Shown piece after piece: positions 1 to 14,804 of a DNA stretch of 64,000 bases. The translations under genes were made by a program, and so were the position numbers. A model generated the notes under the pieces. It ran no database searches and was not told where the DNA came from. It was given only the letters and a program-made list of their open reading frames with translations. The DNA lies in the NCBI GenBank assembly GCA_964016885.1, contig OZ024747.1, positions 42,718,001 through 42,782,000 on the forward strand, written 5' to 3'. The DNA comes from Eledone cirrhosa (lineage: Eukaryota). The first letter of the stretch is position 1, and each line of letters begins with the position of its first letter.

Positions 1-794
1 TGCTTTTATTTTTAATTTTATTTTCATTTGTCCGACGGGTCCCCGGGAGATGGGTAAAGGGACAATCCCGGTCTAAACACAATCTGTCTCGCAGGGAAAA
101 CCGGCAGATTTGTGGATTCCTTGTTTGAGTTATTGGTGGTTGTGTTGGTGTTAAATTAGAGTATGTATTATGGTGGTGGCTGTTTGTGGGGATAGATCGT
201 TTTGTCCTAGGTAAATTGGGTGAATTTGCAGCCACTATCCGTACATATTCTATAGCGTAGAGAGTAGCGGCAAATGATGGGGTTTCGAGTGGGTGGGTAT
301 GTGGGTGTGTGTGTTGTGAGAGGTGTAGATGATGGTTTGAGTAGGATTTGACGACCTTTGTGGACTGTGGGAGGGAGAGTTCTTGTTCTGGTATTAGAAG
401 GTAAATTCCTTGAAATAGCAGTAGCCAAAGATGTTGTAGTAGTAGTAGTAGGCAGAGAAGATGTTGGCAGTGGTGATGATTGGACTGCTGGGCCAGAGAA
501 AGGATGTGGCGTTTCCTGCTGTGAGACAGAGGCTACTGGGAGGTCAATAGTTTCATTTAGTAGATCGGCCATTGTTGATGAATCAAGGAGTGGTTCACAC
601 TGTTGTTGTTGTTGTCGTTGTTGCTGTTGTTGATGTTGTTGTTGCTGCAGCTGTTGTGGTTGTTGCCGTTGTAGCTGCTGTTGTTGTTGTTGCTGCTGCT
701 GGACAGCATTCGAAGAAAAAACACACCGTAGTTTATCCAAATGTTTATTGATTAATTTAAAAGCAATTTCGATTTGCTTTAATTTATTTTGAAT
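1..794 (-). pseudogene. Frameshifted reading frame with polyQ, a Pro/Thr/Ser-rich linker and two tandem CCCH-type zinc fingers (possible LINE ORF1-like remnant or exon)
   Basis: Minus strand reads IQNKLKQIE...QQQQ...[24 protein letters not shown]. Removing one base at 216-217 restores H-LPRTKR, and the frame stays open through a second unit TRNPQICRFSLRDRLCLDRDCPFTHLPGTRR to the window edge. Both units are C-X8-C-X4-C-X3-H. An in-frame TTTACAG acceptor-like site precedes 794. Confidence 0.6.
601..700. repeat. Imperfect (TGT/TGC)n trinucleotide repeat, CAA/CAG polyQ on the minus strand
   Basis: tgttgttgttgttgtcgttgttgctgttgt...tgctgctgct seen directly. Confidence 0.9.
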
Positions 795-796
795 CT

Positions 797-862
797 GTAA
801 ATATACATATATATATAAATATATATATATAAATATACATATATATAAATATATATATATAA

Positions 863-901
<39 letters not shown>

Positions 902-924
902 TACATATATATATATATATATAA

Positions 925-955
<31 letters not shown>

Positions 956-1072
956 AATATACATATATATATATATATATAAATATACATATATATATAT
1001 ATATATATATAAATATACATATATATATATATATATATAAATATACATAAATATACATATATATAAATATAC

Positions 1073-1103
<31 letters not shown>

Positions 1104-1206
1104 CATATAAATATACATATATATATATATATAAATATACATATATATATATATAAATATACATATATATATATATATATAAATATACATATATATATAA
1201 ATATAC

Positions 1207-1247
<41 letters not shown>

Positions 1248-1248
1248 A

Positions 1249-1287
<39 letters not shown>

Positions 1288-1306
1288 TACATATATATAT
1301 ATATAA

Positions 1307-1343
<37 letters not shown>

Positions 1344-1488
1344 TACATATATAAATATACATATATATATATATATATATATAAATATACATATATATAT
1401 ATATAAATATACATATATAAATATACATATATAAATATACATATATATATATATAAATATACATATATATATATATACATATATATAA

Positions 1489-1519
<31 letters not shown>

Positions 1520-1978
1520 AATATACATATATATATATATATATATATAAATATACATATATATATATATACATATATATATAAATATACATATATATAT
1601 ATACATATAAATATACATATACATATATATATAAATATATATATACATATATATATAAATATATATATATAAATATACATATATATATATATACACATAT
1701 ATATATATATACACATATATATATATATATACATATATAAATATACATACATATATATATATAAATATATACATATATAAATATACATATAGATATATAT
1801 ACATATATATATATACATATATAAATATACATACATATATATATATAAATATACATATAGATATATATACATATAGATATATATACATATATATATATTT
1901 ATATACATATATATATATATATATATACATATATAAATATATATACATATATAAATATATATACATATATAAATATAT
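797..1978. repeat. Interrupted (AT)n microsatellite
   Basis: (TA)n punctuated by AAATATAC / TAC motifs. Confidence 0.97.
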
Positions 1979-2182
1979 GTATTAGTTATACTATTTATGG
2001 TTATGCAAATACAAAACCTTAAGCAGTTGTAAGTATTTTACACACACCCTAAATAGTGGTAGGCAGTAATGTATTACTACCTTATTACCAGTAAGTTAAG
2101 TAGCTCAATGTAAAAACATCAGATGATTTACAGAGCAGTTATATGAAATATAAGAATCAAAGAACTGCTCAAAACATTATTG

Positions 2183-2229
2183 TGCTTACAGCTGTTTCCT
2201 CCAAACCGAGGTTTGGATTCTTCGGAGCA
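2183..2229 (-). ncRNA. Minimal type I hammerhead ribozyme motif (variant core CCGAAGA)
   Basis: Minus strand: TGCT-CCGAAGA-a-TCCAAAC-ctcg-GTTTGGA-g-GAAA-CAGCTG-TA-AGCA. Stem I is TGCT/AGCA, stem II has 7 bp, stem III is palindromic (A-CAGCTG-T) and the cleavage triplet is GUA. Deviations are U4C and an A.G mismatch at the base of stem II. Confidence 0.7.
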
Positions 2230-3088
2230 ATTTATTAATGCATGGACAGTTATATGACCTCCTTTTCAGCCCAGAGACATACCAAATACATATTCAAACA
2301 TTGATACATATTCAAACATTGTGGGTCAACATTCATTTAAAATCCGGAGAAAATATGGTGAAGAAGTTTATGAAATGGAAATGCGGGTATACAGAATTTA
2401 TTAGGTAACAATTGTTTCTATAGTGTATGGGTTACCTATACCTCGCTATTTGAATAATATAAAAATATTATCATAAACCGAAGGTACACTGTAAGCAAAC
2501 ACACCATGTCGTCAGACCTTTGTATTGGAATGATATGAAAATATTTTATACACTAGATAAAAGATAAAGAAGGAGGTAGGAAGAGAAGGGGAAGAGGGAA
2601 GTGAGTAAGGTGGAGGGAGTCTTAGGATTTAAGACTGTCAGACTAGTAGAGATTGTAAGGAGAGAATGTTTTGGCAGCAGTTAGCTTAATGAGGTGTGTT
2701 AGGGTTGGCGGGGGAAGTAAATTCTTCTAGTGGTGTTGTTCGGACAAAATTTAGTTAAAGGGGTCAAAGTGGTACAGTGTCACAGACAAGTTATTGGGGC
2801 TATTATAGTAGCAGGTTATTTCTAAAGGGGTTCAGAAAACAGTGTTTAGTACTATTATTATAGAAAGCCATATCTTGTGTATAAACATAGTATTATGACC
2901 TATAAAAACTAACACCCTCCCATCCCCTCTGGCTTTCGGCTGACTACCACAGTAGCGATGGGTAGCAGTAATCTTTGGCAAGGCATAGGTGGGCCACTGA
3001 CAGCGAATTTCGTTGAAATCTGCGGTGCTAATGGTCAACTTCCTTCGGACATGCGCTTGCGCAGACCGGTGGAGGTGAATTGGTACTC

Positions 3089-3140
3089 ACATGGGAACGG
3101 ATGAAAAACCCAAAGGCACAAACTTCATCCGTTCCCATGT
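3089..3140. other. Perfect 17-bp hairpin upstream of a hammerhead motif
   Basis: ACATGGGAACGGATGAA (3089-3105), 18-nt loop, TTCATCCGTTCCCATGT (3124-3140). Confidence 0.9.
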
Positions 3141-3185
3141 CGATTCAATTTGGATTGCCTCGGAAACAACCTTATTATGTAACAG

Positions 3186-3259
3186 GCTGTCTGATGATGT
3201 CACGACACTCGCACACAGAACATTGTGGCCAGTGTCGTCATTGAAATATATATCACAGC
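3186..3259 (+). ncRNA. Type I hammerhead ribozyme motif with long stem II
   Basis: GCTGT-CTGATGA-tgtc-ACGACACT...AGTGTCGT-catt-GAAA-TATATA-TC-ACAGC. Stem I is GCTGT/ACAGC, stem II contains an 8-bp helix, stem III is palindromic and the triplet is AUC (cut predicted after 3254). The base of stem II is imperfect. Confidence 0.7.
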
Positions 3260-3385
3260 ATTATTATTAAAGGACTTGAACATCTGAAACTAATTCGCTT
3301 TTACTTATTCGATATTTACTCCATCACTCCTATGTGGAAAAAGTACGTTGAGTGCTTGAGTTGAATTTCATCAATGTTTACCCTA

Positions 3386-7621
<4,236 letters not shown>

Positions 7622-8165
7622 AAAAACAAATAACGAAACAAAATTAAATTTTGTTTCGTTTGTAACTCACTTTTGTATGACTGACGTTTAAATAATTAAG
7701 TTAAAAATGTACATCCACATATGTATACTGAAATACTAGTATGCATATGAATACACACACGTGTACATATGTAGATGTACCGAGTTTTTCACTGGATACT
7801 TTACTGTGAGTGTTCAGCTATTCTGTATGTAAACACACAGACAAACCGGTTTTTAGAGTCATACTGGTTTTCGAGGAAACATTCCTTTCCTCTATTCCCC
7901 AGAAAGCCAGACAGGAATATTGGACTAGTTTCGATGTTGTTACATCTCATCAGCAATATTTACCTATCCTCCGGCCTTTCTATCGAAAACCAGTATGACT
8001 CTAAAAACTGGTTTGTCTGTGTGTTTACATACAGAATAGCTGAACACTCACAGTAAAGTGTCCAGTGAAAAACTCGGTACATCTACATATGTACACGTGT
8101 GTGTATTCATATGCATACTAGTATTTCAGTATACATATGTGGATGTACATTTTTAACTTAATTAT
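7622..8165 (-). mobile_element. Fold-back element: 183-bp inverted arms around a hammerhead-containing spacer, embedded in (AT)n (probably Penelope-like/retrozyme-derived)
   Basis: Arms 7692-7874 and 7983-8165 are reverse complements with 2 mismatches (7797/8060, 7848/8009). The spacer is 108 bp. An unpaired extension at 7622-7691 contains a 13-bp hairpin (7632-7660). Confidence 0.75.
7916..7960 (-). ncRNA. Canonical type I hammerhead ribozyme
   Basis: Minus strand: AATATTG-CTGATGA-GATGT-aaca-ACATC-GAAA-CTAG-TC-CAATATT. The core is fully conserved, with 7-bp stem I, 5-bp stem II closed by G-C, palindromic stem III A-CTAG-T and a GUC triplet (cut between 7923 and 7922). Stem I extends past a TA bulge via GGATAGG/CCTGTCT and AGAAAG/CTTTCT. 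Confidence 0.92.
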
Positions 8166-8197
8166 ATACATATATATATATACATATATATATATAC

Positions 8198-8228
<31 letters not shown>

Positions 8229-8312
8229 CACATATTTAAATATATATACATATATATATATATACATATATATATAATATATATACATATATATATATAT
8301 AAATATATATAC

Positions 8313-8349
<37 letters not shown>

Positions 8350-8750
8350 CATAAATATATATACATATATATATACATATATATATAAATATGTATACAT
8401 ATATATATAAATATGTATATGTATATATATATATAAATATATATACATATATATATACATATATATATAAATATGTATACATATATATATATATAAATAT
8501 ATATACATATATATATACATATATATATAGATATGTATACATATATGTATAAATATGCTTACATATATATATATATATATAAATATATATACATGTATAT
8601 ATACATATATATATAAATATGTATACATATATATATAAATATGTATACATATATATATACATATATATATAAATATGTATACATATATATATACATATAT
8701 ATATAAATATGTATACATATATATATAAATATATATATAAATATGTATAC

Positions 8751-8811
<61 letters not shown>

Positions 8812-8958
8812 CATAAATATATACATATATATATATATATATAAATATATATACATATATATAAATATATATACATATATATATACATATATATATAAAT
8901 ATGTATACATATATATATACATATATATATATATAAATATATATATACATATATATAT

Positions 8959-8989
<31 letters not shown>

Positions 8990-9000
8990 CATATATAAAT
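8166..9000. repeat. Interrupted (AT)n microsatellite
   Basis: (TA)n with CA, AA and TGTA interruptions. Confidence 0.97.
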
Positions 9001-9632
9001 TAATAAAATATTCGCAATCTTCAGGTTCAAAATATGTGGTGACAGTCAAGTTTGCAATTTTCAACTGTAATAAGATGGGTAAATTTCCTACCTTTTATAC
9101 ATTTTATACAGAGAAAAGTGGCTCCAGAATGCTAAGCCCTGTAAACTCTATTTCGACCAATCAGTGTGTAGTTTCACTGAATTACTAAAGCTGATTGGTT
9201 TAAGCGTCACGGCTGGTTGAGCATGTCTAAAGACCAATAATCATATCCAAAGCATCAATTGTTTTGCTATTTTTAGAAATGATGAAAATAGCATTTTCTA
9301 TTAATCATCACCATCACTTTTATTAATATTATTATTGTTGTTGTTGTTGTTAGTGGTCGTAGTCAAAGTGGTAGTAGAAGTAATACCCCTAAGCGTTATT
9401 ATTGTTCATTTAGCTTGGGTTTGAATTTCTTAATAAAATTCTTTTCTTTGATTTTTCTCTTGATTTCACTTGGGCTGTGTAATTTGTAGAATGGGAATAT
9501 TATAAATATTCCCTGACCACATGTTGCTAGATGGTTGCTTAGGGGTATCTGACGGACATTTGGGTCTCTGATTTGTTGATGGTGTACCCGTGCACGTTCC
9601 GATAGTGTATTTCCAGTTTGACCGACATATAG
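9001..9632 (-). mobile_element. 5'-truncated Penelope-like element: C-terminal GIY-YIG endonuclease fragment plus 3' non-coding region ending at (AT)n
   Basis: 9632-9399 (-) translates without stops to LYVGQTGNTLSERARVHHQQIRDPNVRQIPLSNHLATCGQGIFIIFPFYKLHSPSEIKRKIKEKNFIKKFKPKLNEQ*. It has the YVGQT motif, conserved R and H, catalytic E and terminal P-x-LN of PLE GIY-YIG domains. It is absent from the ORF track, presumably for lack of a start codon. Confidence 0.85.
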
Positions 9633-9637
9633 CTACA

Positions 9638-10390
9638 TTTATAAGTGCCTTAGATACTTAAGGACATTCTAGTGTTATACTTGTTAAATATTTTCTAAAT
9701 TATATAATGATTATTATTTTTTAATATAATTAAATTCGGGTTACCTCCGGGTCGATGAAAATCTAAGTCTTCTCTTTCTCATGTTTGCAGACTCTTTAAA
9801 TATGATATTATACTATAATATAGATCCTTAAAAATTTTCTTGTATTTTTTAATTATATAGCTTAGATATTTGGCACTTATAGGATCGCAAACCATTTATT
9901 TATTTTGAATCTGGTTCTTATCTTTTATGATTCATGAAGTTTGATTTGTATATTTATAGTATATATGTATTACATGATCCTAATATAATAATTGATGTAA
10001 AACCTTAATTTTAACAATATTAACAGTAACTTATTTATTATATTATATTATATTATATATAACTGACTAATATCGTCTTAAACTTTAAACAATATACTCT
10101 TTGTGTAAATTTAGACAAATGCGTATATCTAGTTTAATAATACCCTTTTAAAGTATAATTATAAGGCCTTTGGATACTTTAGGGCATTCTAATTGTTAAT
10201 TTTAAATTTTTAAAGTTATAATTGTAATTACTTTCTAAATTATATAAGGATTATTATTTTTTAATATAAAATCTCTTTAATATGAAATTTTTTAAAAATA
10301 TAATTTAATATGGATTACCTTCGAGATGAAGAAAATATTAAGTCTCTTCTTTCTCATGTTTGCAAATACTTTAAATATGATATTATAAAT
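9638..10390. repeat. Diverged direct duplication in very AT-rich DNA (about 9638-9812 vs 10158-10390)
   Basis: Shared blocks GATACTT.AGG.CATTCTA, TTTCTAAATTATATAA.GATTATTATTTTTTAATATAA, TCTTTCTCATGTTTGCA and CTTTAAATATGATATTATA occur in the same order. Confidence 0.75.
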
Positions 10391-10699
10391 TAAATATGAT
10401 AGTATACTTTAATATAAATACTTATAAATTTTTCTAGCCCGAAATATTATACCTTTAGATTAATTCACTATTCTGAACTAACATAAATGATTCGAAATTT
10501 AACGGTCATCCGGATACGTTTAGATATATATAATTGATTAATAGTATATTTCTAATTAACTTAAGGACTCGAAATTAAACCCTCATATAACTACACCCAG
10601 ATATATTTAATATTTAGATTGATTGATTATTTCTAGATAATTCAAAGATTTGAAATTATTCTTTCACAAAGCTATGCCCAAATGTATATTTATGTATTT

Positions 10700-12270
10700 A
10701 TCATCATCATCATCGTTTAACGTCCATATTCCACGCTTGCATGGGTTTGGACGGGAGTTTTCCTACTTGAGGCAAGAGTGGTTGTCTTGCTCGCATAGGA
10801 CTGTCTGGCGGGTTTTCTACAGCTGGATGCCCTTCCTAACACCAACCACATTTACAGTGTGGGACTGGGAGGTTTTTACCGTGTTGCCTACACGGCCACA
10901 TTACAGTGTAGACTGTGTTTTTTTTTTTTTTGTCGTGACACCTACACGACCTCATTTGTTTCGGCCTGGATGTTGTGGCACCAACATAACTTTACATTGA
11001 AAGGGGCGGTGTGGATGGGGTGGGGTTGGTGGGACGGGGGTGTATTTTGTTAGAGGTGCCTACTGACTGTAGTAGGTTTTACTTTGTATTTAGGTAAGGC
11101 GGGTCTTCTCTATTACTGAGTACCGCCAAAGATCTCGGTCCAGTGACATTGTCTTGGAGAGGTGTAAGTGTGTGAGGTCGGAATTTATCAAGTCGTCCCA
11201 GGTTTTTCTGGGTCTGCCTACTCCGTGGCTACCGTCTATCTTTATTGCCCTGCACTTTTTTATACAGCTGTCGTCTTTCATGCGCATCACGTGACCATAC
11301 CAACGTAGCCTTCTCTCGAGTAAACAACATCTGATCCCTCTTATTTCTAATTTTTCCCTTAGTTCGTTAATGCTTTGCCGTTCACATATATTACTATTAC
11401 ACATCCAGCGGAGCATGCAAGCTTTGTTCCTCTCTAATCTGCGTATATCCTCTGCACACAATGCCCAGGTCTCACTGCCATGCAACATTGCTGTTCGCAT
11501 ACAGGCATCATACAACCTGCCTTTCATTTTTAGGGAGAACCCTTTAGCGTCTAATAGTGGTATAAGCTCTCTGAACTTTTTCCATCCAGTTCTGACTCTA
11601 GCTACTGTACTTTCAGAGCACCCTCCCCCACTGCTGATTTTGTCACCCAGGTAACGGAAGCTGTCCACTATTTCTATAGAACCCTCTGCGCTATTGAAAG
11701 AGCTAATATTTTGTGGGCACTTGCTGCTACTTATTGCACCAGAGCACCGGCCACATGTAAAATCTATGTTCTTAGTTAGCTTACCTGTGATACCACTACA
11801 TCTTTTATGCACCCATACTTTGCATTTGGGACATAAAATGGAGTTTCTACCTACGCCTTTCCTACACACTGAGCATGGCCATTTCCCGGAAGGGACCGTC
11901 GCCTTATAGAACTTTAGTCTTAGCCAGGTTAATTTTAAGGCCTTTTGATTCTAGGTCGTGCTTCCATATTTGGAATTTCTTCTCTAGCTCGGCCATTGAT
12001 TCAGCTATGAGCGTTAGATCATCTGCGTATAGGAGTTCCCATGGGCAGCCGGTCTTGAACTCCACTGTTATAGCCTGAAGGGCAATAATAAATAGTAGGG
12101 GGCTAAGAACAGAGCCCTGATGAACACCAACTTTTACGCTAAACTCTTCACTATATTCGTTGTTAATTCTAACCTTGCCGACTGTTTCTTTATACATGGC
12201 TTGTATAGCTCTCACAAGCCATTCATCAACACCTAGTTTTCTAAGAGCCCACCAGATAATGGAACGGGGG
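10700..12270 (-). mobile_element. 5'-truncated RTE-clade LINE, copy A (frameshifted)
   Basis: ORFs 11904-12215 (GVHQGSVLSPLLF, LLYADD reverse-transcriptase motifs) and 11090-11869 (FRYLG, RRLRWYGHV, GRPRKTW) are split by a net 17-bp deletion near 11905 relative to copy B. The 3' UTR ends GGACGTTAAACGATGATGATG, a (GAT)n tail. Confidence 0.95.
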
Positions 12271-12618
12271 TTTATATATATATATATTTTTTTGCATCAT
12301 CTAATTATATGCTATTTATCCAGGACAATACAAATCTCCCTCCCTATGCTTTATACTATAAAAATTATTCTTCCTTGTCTCTCTATCCTTAATCAAATCT
12401 CTGTTGCTTTCGTGCATAAGATATTTCTATGCTTCTAGTAGCTATCTTTTTCCTCATCTGTTTCTCTCTCTGTCTTTCTTCTTTCTTCAATAATATAAAT
12501 TATTTGAATCTCTAACAGTTATGTAAATTGCTATTATGTATTTTTTTAAGCTTTCTCACACGCACCCTCTTTATTATATGTAATTTTTTCATGTGTCAAT
12601 CTTAAGGTATATAAATAT

Positions 12619-12686
12619 CATCATCATCATCATATATATATATATATATCAGCATCATCTAACGTCCATCTTCCACGCTAGCATGC
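12619..12686 (-). mobile_element. Short RTE LINE 3'-tail remnant
   Basis: (TCA)n followed by TAACGTCCATCTTCCACGCTAGCATG resembles the tail of copy A at 10701-10743. Confidence 0.65.
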
Positions 12687-12721
12687 ATTATGTTTTTATA
12701 TATATATATATACACATATAT

Positions 12722-13162
12722 AACGTCCTGCTTCCTTGGGCATGGATACATTGAAACGCTGACGTCTGGCAACTGACTTGGTAAACACCCAGAAAATGAT
12801 TAACCATCTTGCCAACAACAACCTTGAGCACCTTTTTGAATTCCATGTGTCTAACACCTGTGGGCATACCTACAAAGTCAGAAAACAACACAGCTCCCAT
12901 GACTTTCGGAAATATTTTTTCACACTCAGAGTTGCTGAAGCATGGAACAAACTACCTGCATTGGTTGTTAGCTGTCGAGATACTGCATCCTTCAAAACCT
13001 CCATGCTCCCGAAATAAGCCAACACTATACCTGATATTCCACCTCTGTACACATGCATGCATGTATCTGTGTGTATATCATGACATTTGTACATTATTCT
13101 ATGTACTATATATGCACCTTTGATGAATTGTAGAGCACCTGAGCTCTGTACACAATAATTTC

Positions 13163-13165
<3 letters not shown>
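12722..13165 (+). mobile_element. CR1-type LINE 3' fragment
   Basis: Reads SLGMDTLKR*RLATDLV...NTCGHTYKVRKQHSSHDFRKYFFTLRVAEAWNKLPALVVSCRDTASFK. This matches the CR1 ORF2 C-terminal pattern TRGH..K...R..FF..RV...WN.LP..VV....SFK, followed by a short 3' UTR. Confidence 0.85.
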
Positions 13166-13198
<33 letters not shown>

Positions 13199-13380
13199 TG
13201 TGTGTGCAGTTATGTCATCCCTGCTGGAGTCAAGAAGATGCCATAGTGACATACAATGTTTCTAAGGCATTTTAATCTTGATGGATCCCATCCCTCTCCA
13301 AATCAGATCACAGCCAATTTCTTCTAGAGAAAGAAGAGCTGGAGAGGAAGTGAGAAAAAGATACAGAGGAAGAATCTACT

Positions 13381-13523
13381 CAAGTACTGAACTGGCACTT
13401 CATTTATCGACCTTGAAAGGCTGAAATGCAAAGTTGACCTCGGCAGGAATTGAGTGCAGAGTGCTAAAACAGATACTGCAAAGTATTCTATCCAATGTCC
13501 TAATAAGACTGCCAATTCACCAT
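13381..13523 (-). mobile_element. tRNA-derived SINE, degenerate copy
   Basis: Contains the family core ...TTTATCGACCTTGAAAGGCTGAAATGCAAAGTTGACCTCGGCAGGAATTGAG, shared with other copies in the window. Confidence 0.75.
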
Positions 13524-13670
13524 CTGCTTTTACTCAATATGACTACTTATTTAAAAGAAAAATCTTTTAGTTCTATTTTGTTTCTGAAGATGAAAAAGAT
13601 ATGGAGAACTGATTCTGGTCAATGAACCAGCAAAATGGTCAGTTTAGAGATTAAAATAGATACCAATAAA

Positions 13671-13873
13671 CATTGGCACTAGACCAGTAATTGAAAGAAG
13701 GAGAAAGTCAATTACATTGACTCAGTATTTTACTGGTACTTTATTTTATTGACCACACAAAGATGAAAGGCAAAGTTGACCTCGGTGGGATTTGAACTCA
13801 GAACTTAAAGGTCAGTATCTAAATGTCACAAAACATTTTGTTAGATGCTCTAACAATTTTGTTAATCACCACC
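13671..13873 (-). mobile_element. tRNA-derived SINE
   Basis: TACTGGTACTTTATTTTATTGACC...GATGAAAGGCAAAGTTGACCTCGGTGGGATTTGAACTCAGAA; Pol III B-box GTTCAAATCC on the minus strand. A partial tail copy follows at about 13878-13945. Confidence 0.85.
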
Positions 13874-14658
13874 ATCTTTCTTTCTAACATTAGCACAAGG
13901 CCAGTAATTTGAAGGATAATTTTATCAACCCTGGAAGGATGATAGAAATCAATAATAACAATAATTACTAAACCTGAGGAAATTTTTTGGCTGTTGACAA
14001 CTAAAACACAATAATTACTCTGACATATTTGTACAAGCACACATAATTTTGTTGAAGCAATTTATCATATATTTAATTAGGAGAATGGAATTAATTTATT
14101 TGGTCTCAAACACTTAATAATAACATTACAATGATTATACTGCCGAATCAACATAATTACATAATTTTAATTATTACATCATTAATTATCATTATCATAA
14201 TTTATACCATTAATCTAATACTTATTTATATGCAATGTTTTTAGTGATACTTATTCCTATTTGTTTTCCTTGGTATTAACTGCCCTAACAAAAACATCAA
14301 CTAATTTCCTCATCCCAGAGAATGTAACATATCTCTGTCTATGACTAAATGCTTGACCCTGTGATTAATTGTGATTGAATAAGCTAATCTAATTGGAAAC
14401 TGAGTTAGCTATAAAAGGTTTAGTTTCGTAGATAACAGTTAACTGCACTAAAGTTCATGTATTAAATATTTGACGATTTAAAAAAAAAAGAATATTAGTT
14501 TAATGGAAAATAAAATAATACAGCCTTTATCTTCCCTTCGTTAGTACACCAACTGCCACCTCCATTAGGTAGTATCCCTACCAATAACACCACTACCTTA
14601 ACAGCTACTGTGGTTATCAAATATGTGTGTATATATTTGCATGTCATATGTCAGCAAA

Positions 14659-14797
14659 TGGGTTCAAATCCTACTGAGGTTAGCTTTACCTTTCATCCTT
14701 ACAGGGTTAATAAAATACATTACCAGTAAAGTACTAAAGTACTATAATCGATTTTACCCTTCCCCCAAATTGTTGCCTTTTGCCTAAATTAGAAACC
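14659..14797 (+). mobile_element. tRNA-derived SINE, 5'-truncated
   Basis: GGTTCAAATCC B-box followed by GAGGTTAGCTTTACCTTTCATCCTT...TAAAATACATTACCAGT and the family tail. Confidence 0.8.
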
Positions 14798-14804
14798 ACT
14801 GCCA

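Noticed and set aside
2470-2520. Minus-strand CTGACGA core
   Set aside because: No GAAA or stem III follows.
7775-8056. 93-aa and 62-aa ORFs across the palindrome
   Set aside because: Chance frames spanning an inverted repeat; the RNA structure explains the sequence better.
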